Positions 25,288 to 36,764 of a stretch of 64,000 nucleotides of DNA are shown here, in pieces; within the stretch, counting starts at the first letter, position 1; each line of letters opens with the position of its first letter. The DNA comes from Macrostomum lignano. Taxonomy: Eukaryota. The translations under genes and the position numbers were made by a program. The DNA is taken from NCBI GenBank assembly GCA_002269645.1, contig NIVC01000856.1, positions 248,001-312,000 on the forward strand. The letters run 5' to 3'. The notes under the pieces are model-generated. The model was not told the origin of the DNA and searched no databases. It saw only the letters and a program-made list of their open reading frames with translations.

Positions 25288-28200
25288 ATGGTCAGAATGG
25301 AACAGTTGTCTGATATGGCCAATGGCCAAACATATGCTAGCAATGGTTACCAAGATAACAACAATGAGTCTGATCGGCTGCCTGAATTAAGGCGCATTAG
25401 TTCCGCATCAAATTTCTATGACTGGGAAGCAGTTAAAAATCGTTATAAAAAGTTTCACTCAGACCCCAATGTGAACTACTTTTGGTAAGTACTGGTAGCA
25501 ATTCTTCATGAAGTTGTCTATTTAATTTTCACTACAAATCCGCCTTTTTAATGGAATATTTCAGGCGTGCTCATACAATCACCTGTCTAGTCCTATTTTG
25601 TGCTACTCTCCTGTACCTGTCTGTTTTTGAGACATCGAACTTTGATACCGAGTATAATACAAAGAGGTGAGTATTGTAAAAATACCCCCTAGCAATGTAG
25701 TTGCTGGTCCAAGACCCTCTCAGATCCTCCAGTTGTCACAGGCCACCGCTAGCCTCCCAGATCCTCAGTTGCTGGGCCATCGCTATAATCCCAGATCCTC
25801 CGTTGCTGCAGGCAGGACCACCGCCAGCCTCCCAGATCCTCATTTTCTGGGCCACCACCAGCCTCCCAGATCCTCATTTGCTGGGCCATCACCAGCCTCC
25901 CAGATCCTCAGTTGCTGAGCCAGCCTCCCAGAGTTTCAGTTGCTGGGCCAGCCTCTCAGATTCTCAGCTGTAGTGCCAGCCTCCCAGATCCTCAGCTACT
26001 GAGCAAGCCTCCCAGATCCTCAGCTACTGAGCCAGCCTCCCAGATCCTCAGCTACTGAGCCAGCCTCCCAGATCCTCAGCTACTGAGCCAGCCTCCCAAA
26101 TCCTCAGCTACTGAGCCAGCCTCCCAAATCCTCAGCTACTGAGCCAGCCTCCCAGATCCTCAGCTACTGAGCCAGCCTCCTAGATCCTCAGCTACTGAGC
26201 CAGCCTCCCAGATCCTCAGCTACTGAGCCGGCCTCCCAAATCCTCAGCTACTGAGCCGGCCTCCCAGATCCTCAGTTGCTGGCCCTGAGCTGAGCGTTTC
26301 AACATGTTACCCCTCATAACCTTGCAGAGGTCTGCTAGCAGTAATCCTGTTCTTCCTGCTCTATGGAGTGATCTACACGCCGGATGGGCCGTTCCTGCGA
26401 CCGCATCCGGCATTCTGGCGATTCATTCTCTGTCTAAGCGTTGTCTACGAGTTGGGCCTGATTTTTCTGCTGTTCCAGGTTGGCAGTTGTATTGGCATTA
26501 TTTTGTACTGGAACGTGTGTGTACTGCTGTACTCGTAATATCGTCTTCTAAGTCTAGGAAGTGCCTGTCTAATTTTATTGCCAAGGTCATGTTGAGCTGA
26601 CCGCTCAGTGAGATAAGTGAAGCGGCATTAGACCTGCTCATTCCTGGCTGATCACGTGTTAGCACGTGTCTTCTCTGTACAGAAATTTGCTTTGCCTTAT
26701 CTACTATTTCTGTAGGTTTTTCGGATTGGTTCAAACAAGTTTGAATTAGAAGTTGGCAAGGCTTTTTGGTTTGACTACTTTGTGCATTTTTTGTAAAACT
26801 ATCGACTTGAGGGGGCCGGGCGCTCAGTTTCTCTCGTTTGAAGAATTAATTATCAGTTCACCCAAACTAGTTTTGGGTTATTGTTGACTCGACTGTATAA
26901 ACTAGTTTGCCTGACCGGTTTTTTGAGTTCTATAATTTTCAAAATAATGAAAATTTAACTTTTCACTTAAGCGGGATCTTGTGCTGTTTTTTTCTAGGAA
27001 AGCTTGCTAAAGGTTAGAATCACATTAGAGATTCATATTCTCGCATTAGAGATCGATAATCTCACATTAGAGATACATAATCTCATATTAAAGATCTATA
27101 ATCTCGCATTTTAGATTTAAAATCTCGCACTAGAGATCCATAACCTCACACTAGATATTCATAATCTCACATTAGATATCCATAATCTCACATTTGAGAT
27201 CTAAAATCTCGCACTAGAGATCTCTTTCTCATGTTGGAGATCCAGCATCGCAGATTAGAGATCCTGAATCGCGTATTAAAATTCAAAATCCAAAGATACA
27301 TACCCTCGCATTCCTACCCAAAAAGAACGCCTCAGACGCCAGGCACATGCTGAGCTACCTGGACCCTGAGCTCGGCAAGCCGCTGCCAGAGAAAGATTAC
27401 GGCGGCAGCTGTTTAATCTACGATCCGGCCAACACAACTGATCCGTTTCACAACATGTGGGACAAGATGGACGGCTTCGTTACTATGCACTTTATTGGCT
27501 GGTGGTTGAAGGCTCTCATATTGCGGAACTATTGGATGTGCAACGCCATCAGTTTCCTGTTTGAGGTTCTCGAGTACTCGCTTGAGCATCAGCTGCCCAA
27601 TTTCTCAGAGTGCTGGTGGGATCATGTGAGTTTCTTCTGCTTTGCTATGCATTCTGTGCTCACCCTGTGTCTTTATTTCACTTCTCTCTCTATACTTACT
27701 GTCCCTGTCATTGTGTCTCATTGCTGTGTCCCTGTCATTGTGTGTCTCATATAGCTGTGTCCCTGTCATTGTGTGTCTCATATAACTGTGTCCCTGCCAT
27801 TGTGTGTCTCATATAGCTGTGTCCCTGCCATTGTGTGTCTCATATAACTGTGTCCCTGTCATCGTGTCTCATATAACTGTGTCCCTGCCATTGTGTGTCT
27901 CATATAGCTGTGTCCCTGCCATTGTGTGTCTCATATAACTGTGTCCCTGCCATTGTGTGTCTCACATAACTGTGTCCCTGTCATCGTGTCTCATATAACT
28001 GTGTCCCTGTCATTGTGTCTCATATAACTGTGTCCCTGTCATTGTGTGTCTCATATAACTGTGTCCCTGCCATTGTGTGTCTCATAACTATTGTGTGTCT
28101 CATATAACTGTGTCCCTGCCATTGTGTGTCTCATATAACTGTGTCCCTGCCATTGTGTGTCTCATTAACTGTGTCCCTGCCATTGTGTGTCTCATTTAAC

Positions 28201-31120
28201 TGTGTCCCTGCCATTGTGTGTCTCATAGTAATTCTGTCTTTCCTGTGTATCTCGTATATAATAATTCTCTGTCATTTTGTAATGCACTGGAATGTATTCT
28301 CCAGCACAGCCACAAGTCACGCGGGCATTTAGTGCACTCTGCCTTAGGCGCCTAAATTCTCTGTCTATCTGAACTTACCTACACACGACATATTTCCAGT
28401 GGATAATGGACTTTCTGCTCTGCAACGGGCTGGGCATCATCATTGGCATGAAGACGTGCAACTATTTGTCATTGAAGCCCTACTACTGGACCCCGATGTG
28501 GAATATTCCCAGTTACAGGTAGGCCCACCGCCTAAGCTGTGTAAAAATTCCGTCGCTGTAATTGCTGCTTTTTTGTAAATCTATTTTTAGAATGGAAAAA
28601 CCCGCCCACCACTCGCCGCTGAGTGGAGTGGAAATTCTCTAGTTTTGGCTTTGGCTGGTCAAACTCTGCGGGTTTTATTTAGTTGCAAAGAAATGTTCCA
28701 CCTTGCTGCTTACCCGAGCTAATTTGTTAGCTGAATTTATTCTGGGCCTGTGCTGGGTGCATTTAGTTAATGATTGTGCTTGTCCTCCAGGCAGACTAGG
28801 TTGCTTATAGTATTGCTAGAATCGCCTATCTTTGCTCTGAAATCCCCTGGAATGGGCGATCTTCACCCTGACCCCCCTAGAATAGGTGACCTACACCCTG
28901 ACCCCCTAGAATAGGTGACCTACACCCTGACCCCCTAGAATAGGTGACCTACACCCTGACCCCCCTAGAATAGGTGACCTATACCCTGACCCCCCTAGAA
29001 TAGGTGACCTACACCCTGACCCCCTTGAATGGGTGACCTACACCCTGACCCCCTAGAATAGGTGACCTTCACTCTGACCCCCCTAGAATAGGTGACCTAC
29101 ACCCTGACCCCCTAGAATAGGTGACCTACACCCTGACCCCCTAGAATAGGTTACCTTCACTCTGACCCCCCTAGAATAGGTTACCTTCACCCTGACCCCC
29201 CTAGATTAGGTGACCTACACCCTGACCCCCCGAAATTGTTTATCTTCAACCTGACCCCTTAGAATGGGCGATCTTCACCCATACCCACCTGAGCATGAGC
29301 AGAATCGCCCACCCATTCCCACTTGAGCATGAGCAGAATCGCCCACCCATACCCACCTGAGCATGAGCAGAATTGCCCACCCATACCCACCTGAGCATGA
29401 ACAGAATCGCCCACCCATTCCCACCTGAGCATGAGCAGAATCGCCCACCCATTCCCACCTGAGCATGAGCAGAATCGCCCACCCATTCCCACCTGAGCAT
29501 GAGCAGAATCGCCCACCCATTCCCACCTGAGCATGAGCAGAATCGCCCACCCATACCCACCGCAGCGGCAAGCTCAAGCGCATGGTACTGCAGTTCACTC
29601 CGTACCGCTGGACCGAATTCGATTGGTCGCCAACAAAGTCGTTGAAACGCTGGCTGCTGGTTCTGCTGCTCATAGCCATGTTCCTGCTTGCTGAGCTGAA
29701 CACGTTCTATCTGAAATGGGTGCTCTGGCTGCCGCCCCCGCATCCCCTGTGCATGGCCAGGCTAGTGTTCATTCTGTGCATGGGCGCCACGGCTATTAGG
29801 GAGATTTTCCAGTATACGGACGACTCGTGAGTTGAACTCGCTCAGCTGTTCTCGTATTAGCTAAATAATCGTTCTTTGATTTTTGTTGGATCTAAATTTT
29901 CAAGTCAATCATCTTGAAAACTGTAATGTGAAAACCAGCATGAGAATAGCCTCAAACTGAGTATCATCTCAAGCCACCATGAGAATCATCTCTAGTCACC
30001 ATGAGAATCATGTCTAGCCACCATGAGAATCATCTCTAGCCACCATGAGAATCATCTCTAGTCACCATGAGAATCATCTCTAGCCACAATGAGAATCATG
30101 TGTAGCCACCATGAAAATCATCTCAATCCACTGAGAATCATCCCAAGCCACCATGAGAATCATGTCTAGCCACCATGAGAATCATCTCAAGCCACCATGA
30201 GAATCATCTCAATCCCCTGAGAATCATCCCAAGCCACCATGAGAATCATCTCTAGCCACCATGAGAATCATCTCTAGCCACCATGAGAATCATCTCTAGC
30301 CACAATGAGAATCATGTGTAGCCACCATGAAAATCATCTCAATCCACTGAGAATCATCCCAAGCCACCATGAGAATCATCTCAAGCCACCATGAGAATCA
30401 TCTCAATCCCCTGAGAATCATCCCAAGCCACCATGAGAATCATCTCTAGCCACCATGAGAATCATCTCTAGCCACCATGAGAATCATCTCTAGCCACCAT
30501 GAGAATCATCTCTAGCCACCATGAGAATCATCTCTAGCCACCATGAGAATCATCCCAAGCCACCATGAGAATCATCTCTAGCCACCATGAGAATCATCTC
30601 TAGCCACCATGAGAATCATCTCTAGCCACCATGAGAATCATCTCTAGCCACCATGAGAATCATGTCTAGGCACCCTGAGAATCATCTCTAGCCACCATGA
30701 GAATCATGTCTAGGCACCCTGAGAATCATCTCTAGCCACCATGAGAATCATGTCTAGCACCTGAGAATCATCTCTAGCCACCATGAGAATCATCTCTAGC
30801 CACCAAGAATCATCTCTAGCCACCATGAGAATCATGGCACCCTGAGAATCATCTCTAGGCCTGTGCTGACTGCCATCATTGTGACGGAGGCGTTGATCTG
30901 TGTGAAGTTTGACTGGCCCACCGTGTCCAAGCCGCCGCCAACGCGGATCATAGTGATCTGGTCAGTGATAATCTCACTGACTATCGGCTGGACTCTGTGG
31001 CACTTCTGCCTCAAACAGCTCATCTTTGCCAGACAAGCGGAACTAAAAGATCAACAGGGTGCTGGCGCTGTTGCTGCTGCTCCTAAGAGTCGCAAAAATC
31101 GACGACGCAAGGACGACTAA
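25288..31120 (+). CDS. PTDSS2: Phosphatidylserine synthase (base-exchange type, PTDSS2-like); exons 25288-25484, 25565-25666, 26328-26478, 27326-27625, 28400-28518, 29566-29826, 30859-31120
   Basis: [89 protein letters not shown]. All junctions are GT-AG and phase-consistent. Confidence 0.95.
25740..26285. repeat. 28-bp minisatellite, PTDSS intron 2
   Basis: Unit gcctcccagatcctcagctactgagcca. Confidence 0.92.
27695..28225. repeat. 31-bp minisatellite, PTDSS intron 4
   Basis: Unit tgtgtccctgccattgtgtgtctcatataac. Confidence 0.92.
28860..29560. repeat. Two adjacent minisatellites (29-30 bp then 34 bp), PTDSS intron 5
   Basis: ctacaccctgacccccctagaataggtgac (28860-29255), then gagcatgagcagaatcgcccacccattcccacct running up to the acceptor at 29564-29565. 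Confidence 0.92.
29960..30858. repeat. 22-bp minisatellite, PTDSS intron 6
   Basis: Unit ccaccatgagaatcatctctag; abuts the last exon. Confidence 0.93.
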
Positions 31121-31269
31121 CTGAGCTCTGGGAAATTTCCGGAATAGGGGAGGTCTTGTGACCTTGGTTCTGCACTGTTAGAGTTTGGTGCTTGTGCTGC
31201 CTTACATGTATATCAAGGTTTCAGTGTAATTTTGGTCCTTAATTTTTACTTTGCACTGGACCTAATTTG

Positions 31270-32272
31270 TCTGTAAAGGGTCAAGTGAGGTCATTCGTGT
31301 TTTGAAGGTTCAGATGAGATCATTTGTTTTTTAAAGAGTCAAGTGAGGTCATTTGTTTTTGAAGTGTCAAATGAGCTTATTCCTGCTTTGAAGGGTCAAG
31401 TAAGGTCATTTGTGTTGTTGAGAGATCAAGTGAAGTCATTCGTGTTGTTCAAAGGTCAAGTGAGGTTATTCGCGTTGTTCAAAGGTCAAGTGAGATTATT
31501 AGTATTTTGAAGAGTGAAGTGAGGGTGTTCGTGTTTTTGAAAGGTCAAGTGAGGACATTCGTGTTGTTGAAATGTCAATATTCGTGTTGTAGAAAGGTCA
31601 AGTGAGATTATTAATGTTTTGAAGGGTCAAGTGAGGTTATTCGTGTTGTTGAAAGGTCAAGTGAGGACATTCGTGTTGTTGAAATGTCAATTAAGGTTAT
31701 TCGTGTTGTAGAAAGGTCAATACTGGTCATTTGTGTTGTTGAAGCGTCAGGTGAGGACATTCGTGTTGTTAAAAGGCCAAGTTAGGTCATTCGTGTTGTA
31801 GAAAGGCCAAGTTAGGTCATTCGTGTTGTTGAAAGGTCAAGTGAGGTTATTCGTATTGTTGAAAGGTCAAGTGAGATTATTGGTGTTTTGAAGGGTCAAG
31901 TGAGGTTATTCGTATTGTTGAAAGGTCAAGTGAGATTATTGGTGTTTTGAAGGGTCAAGTGAGGTTATTCGCGTTGTTAAAAAGTCAAGTAAAGTCATTC
32001 GTGTTTTTGAAAGATCAAGTGAGGTTATTCGTGTTGTTCAAAGGTCAAGTGAGATTATTAGTATTTTGAAGAGTGAAGTGAGGGTATTCGCGTTCGTGTT
32101 GTTGAAAGGTCAGGTGAGGTCATTCGTGTTGTTAAAAGGTCAAGTGGGGTTATTCGTGTTGTAGAAAGGTCAAGTGAGGTCATTCGTGTTGTTGAAAGGT
32201 CAAGTGAAGTCATTCGTGTTGTTGAAAGGTCAAGTAAGGTCATTCATGTTATTATCTGTCAAGTGAGGTCAA
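31270..32272. repeat. About 30-bp diverged minisatellite downstream of PTDSS
   Basis: Unit gaaaggtcaagtgaggttattcgtgttgtt. Confidence 0.9.
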
Positions 32273-32809
32273 AAAGACAGATGACCGCAGAAATGTTCTA
32301 TAGGTGGCAAGTCATGCTTTGTAGTTAAACTCATTTTGTAATGTTTTCGTTTGCAAAACAGAATTTGTTTCTTTTTATAAGGTGTCACTTTTTGACTCAA
32401 TCAGTTTTACATGTATTTCGCCATCCTAGCATTCTATCATTGTTTGAGTTTTCCCGCCTGATTGACCTTTTCCACCTGGTGTCCTTATAGATAATTAGTG
32501 CAATAAATCTATAATCTATACTAATCATCTTATACAGGTCGTGCACTAACCGCTAAAACCCACTAATAGCAATTTACTTTCAGGCCTTTTTTGCCTGCAG
32601 TGTTTTCAGATTCATATCGTCTGTTTATTTACAAGCTAATTTTGTCAATGCCGTGTGTTATTTTGACCAATGATTCCATAATTGATTTTTTGCATAAATT
32701 CATCCAGATCGCGCTTCGGTTTGCTTTGTTGCGATTCTCAATGCAACCCATCTTTATTTCTTGTAGAGTTTTAGGGAATGAAGTCAATTAGCCAACAAGT
32801 TCAAAACTT

Positions 32810-33222
32810 AATAAGCAATTTCCCTTGAGCCCTAATCCGAGCCTTAATCCACCTGACCAATTCCCCTTGAGCCCTAATCCACCTGAGCAATTCTCCTTGA
32901 GCCTTAATCCACCTGAGCAATTCTCCTTGAGCCCTAATCCACCTGAGCAATTCCCCTTGAGCGCTAATCCACCTGAGCAATTCCCCTTGAGCGCTAATCC
33001 ACCTGAGCAATTCCCCTTCAGCCCTAATCTATCTGAGCAATTCTCCTTGGCCCTAATCCACCTGAGCAATTCCCCTTCAGCCCTAATCCACCTGAGCAAT
33101 TCCCCTTGAGCCCTAATCTATCTGAGCAATTCTCCTTGGCCCTAATCTATCTGAGCAATTCTCCTTGGCCCTAATCTATCTGAGCAATTCTCCTTGGCCC
33201 TAATCCACCTGAGCAATTCCGC
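32810..33222. repeat. 30-bp minisatellite
   Basis: Unit ccacctgagcaattccccttgagccctaat. Confidence 0.92.
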
Positions 33223-33310
33223 TTGCTCAAGGATACAAATTGTTCCGAGTAGGTCGAGAATCGAACCCCCGACCTTTCAGACGTGAGTCCGACGCTCTAA
33301 CCAATAAGCC
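33222..33310 (-). mobile_element. SINE family A, tRNA-head fragment
   Basis: gtcgagaatcgaacccccgacctttcagacgtgagtccgacgctctaacc matches the head of the other copies. Confidence 0.8.
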
Positions 33311-33458
33311 GAAAAAGCCCTTTAGTTTTGCAGCCTGTAAGTGTAATTAACACTGACTAGGATTCGAACCCCGCTCCCTAAAAATACAAATTAGACGCTA
33401 AAATCTATATTCACCTACTATTAGTAGCCAAGATAAAATATCGTATTTTTTATCATTC

Positions 33459-36255
33459 ATGCCAATGTCGGCCATCAAGCGGCAGCAGCAATACAAGCAG
33501 CCAAGTCGCAGCCAAAAGCAGAAGCCCGGCTTCTCAGCCGATCTGCAATCTGCCGCCGCTAATTGGCTTCGCCGACTCTCAGCCGCTATCGCCGGCGGTG
33601 CCAGTCTCGTCGGCAGCGACGCCGCGCTGGCCGAAGCGGCTCGAATTCTCGGCTCCATCGCTACTAATTATTGTTGTTCTTCGCCTAGCGACACTGTCGC
33701 TATTGGCAACGCTGACGCCGCATCGTTGGCGTCAATTCAAATCCTACTGGAGCGACAGCTGGGACCGGGGGTGGCCAGCAGCGTCCACTGGCGCTCCGTG
33801 CTGGACGGAGTGACTAAAGATGTAAAAATACGGTTACTCACTTGTAGCTGTGCCGATATGTATCGAAAAAAACTTTATAGCTCAATTGTAACGATATGTT
33901 TCGATATTAACTTTCCAGATTGAATAGCTTGTTGTTTATTTAGTTAGAGCCAGGGGGCTGTGTGCACCCTGGCGCACTTTAGGCGACATTGTCACATAAC
34001 CGGCGAGAGGCATTGCTGCCCATTCCGCCGACTCTCCTGAGCAGGCACACAAGCGCGCAGGCACACACTCACACAGGAGTGTACAGCGGCCCTAACTTTA
34101 TCATCGTTAGGCATGTACACTTCGCTGTGCCTTGGGGGTTGGCCCTCAATGACGTTAATTGCACGAGCAGAGCCAAGCCGAGATTCCAATTCAGCCCCAA
34201 ATTAATGTGACTGCACTTGGAATCGAGCCTGGGCCGCTGGCACATCAGAGCGTCGCGCTAGTTTCAAGGTTTACCTGGGACTGAGGCATTAGTTGAACGT
34301 ACTAGCCGATATGTATCGATAAATGAGTTTCCCACTGTGCACGGAATCAAACCCGGGGGGCTATTTTAGCGCCTTTGATTGAGATTGCTTGATCTTTTCT
34401 GACTTTTTGCTATTTATTCTACTATTAGTAATCGAATTAGAATGCAAGCAGTCCTGCTTCAATCTGCAGGAAAGCGGCACCGATATCGACACGGATGACG
34501 GCGGTTTCGGGTCGCCTGACTGTCAGCGGCAGCAGCAGCTCACCCGAATCCGACTGCTCATCCTGGCTGCCGCGTTTCGGCGTCCTCGACTGCGCCCGTT
34601 TGTGCTGGCGTCGGCGATCGCATCGACAACGACAACAGCGGCAATGTTGTCGGAGCCGCCGAGGTCGGAGCTGCGGCTTCTGGCTGCAGCGGCCCGTTGG
34701 CTGTTCCCATCGACCTCGTTGGCGGCTAAGGAGGATGCCGAATTCAAGGAGGTCGTTGAGGCTGTCGAGAGTTTCGATGCGGCGACTGCACTCAACAGAG
34801 TGGCCGTCGATTGTCAGGAACATCAGGAGACCGACGATGACAGCGGCGCCGATATTGACGACTCATCGGACGTTGCTGTCGACGACGGCGCCTCGGACGG
34901 CTGTCGAAGGTGCCGCGGACTTGCGACCGAGGTGGCGGCGCTGCGCGCTGAAGCTCTGGAACGAGAGCTCCGGTTTCATCGACGCTTTGAAGCGTTCGCC
35001 AACGAGTTGAGCGGCCTGGAGGTGGTGAATCGGCGACTGCTGGCCGATCCGGCGCTGCTGCTCCTGCCCGACTGCGGGCTGGCGCGCCTGCAGGAGGAGA
35101 TCAAGGTGAGGCTGAGAGTGACAGGTGAGGCTGGGAGTGACAGGTGAGGCTGGGGGTGACAGGTGAAGCTGGGGAGTGACAGGTGAGGCTGGACAGGGGA
35201 GTGACATGGTAGACAGTAGAGTGACATGGTGGACAGTAGAGTGACAGGGCAGACAGTGGAGTGACATGGCAGACAGTGGAGTGACATGATAGACAATGAA
35301 GTGACAGGGCAGACAGTGGAGTGACAGGGCAGACAATGGAGTGACATGGCAGACAATGGAGTGGCAGCAGACAATGGAGTGACATAGCAGATAATGGAGT
35401 GACAGCAGACAATGGAGTGACATAGCAGAAAATGGAGTGACATGGCAGACAATGGAGTGACAGCAGACAATGGAGTGACATAGAAGACAATGGAGTGACA
35501 GCAGACAATGGAGTGACAGCAGACAATGGAGTGACAGCAGACAATGGAGTGACATGGCAGACAATGGAGTGACAGAAGACACTGGAGTGACATGGCAGAC
35601 AATGGAGTGACATGGCAGACAATGGAGTGACAGCAGACACTGGAGTGACAGCAGACAATGGAGTGACAGCAGAAACTGGAGTGACATAGCAGACAATGGA
35701 GTAAACGCCCCCCCCACCTCTCACCGCCAGTCGCTCCGCCGCGGCGCCCGTTTCCAAGCCTCGGCCAGCGAGCGCGAGCGCCTCAGCCAGCTGCTTGCGG
35801 CAGCCGAGCGCCGCTCCGGCCAGCTGGTCGGCCAGCTGGAGTCGCTAACCCGCGCCCACGACAGCTGCCTGCGCCGACTGCGGCGGATGCGCGCCGACCG
35901 CGACCTGGCCGCTGCCAGGGCTGAGCGCCTAGCCGACCGCTGCCGCAGGCTGCTGCAGCACCGACAACTGCCGGTTGCTCACGCTGGCGTCCATGGCTAT
36001 GCCTGCTGCTGTCAGCGGCCGCTTCCGGTGTCGCTTCCGGTTCCGGTCCAGCTGCCACCGCCGCCGCCGCTTCCGCCCCATCATCATCAGCAGCAGCAGC
36101 TGCAACTGTCAGTATCTTCCGGTTCCTCATCTCTGCACGGCATCGACGCTGTCCCGGTGCGAGAGCGACGTATTTCTGGCGGCGGCGGAGGCGGCTGGCA
36201 GCAGCACTTCCGGCATTTGCTGCCGGGCCGGCTTTCCGGCAAGCGGAAGTCTTGA
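33459..36255 (+). CDS. Uncharacterised acidic/coiled-coil protein; exons 33459-33821, 34470-35105, 35731-36255
   Basis: Three GC-rich open segments joined by phase-0 GT-AG introns; heptad-like C-terminal half (ATEVAALRAEALERELRFHRRFEAFANELSGLEVVNRRL; ERERLSQLLAAAERRSGQLVGQLESL). Family not recognised. Confidence 0.7.
33950..34260 (-). mobile_element. tRNA-derived SINE family B, copy 2 (intronic)
   Basis: High similarity to 19141-19472. Confidence 0.85.
35110..35702. repeat. 18-20-bp minisatellite in intron 2 of the coiled-coil gene
   Basis: gagtgacaggtgaggctggg grading into gacaatggagtgaca(g/tg)ca. Confidence 0.9.
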
Positions 36256-36764
36256 CTTTCAGCTTGCTGCAATCGATTTTATTTTTATTGTTTTATTCTT
36301 CACTCTCTTTGTGCTGCCGAATTTGCGCAGTTTTTAATTATCTATTTCAAAAAATACTGCTAATACGCTTTTTGACTACTGCTACTAAATTATTAAGTAG
36401 TGTAAATGGCATTTTATTGATATTTTTATTGAAAATTGTGAAAAATTAACTTTGTGAGCCGCGTTCTATTTTATATTTTTCTGCATTTTAATCCGCTGTT
36501 CTGAGCAGTCATTAATGATTTTTTATTTGTTTGAATTTTTTGGACCTTCAGACTCGTATTTACAAGCTTTGCTTGCTGCACAGAAGGAAATGTAATGCTT
36601 TTAAAAATGTCTCGAGTTGCCGCATTTTAATGACAAAATAAACAGCTTTTTTACTCATTTTATCAAGTCAAGGCCCTGTGATTTGTTCAGGCTTGTCTCT
36701 TTAACAAAACCCCAACACTCCTTGCAACTTTTGCTTTTTAATTATCCAGATGTCCTTGATTCTC

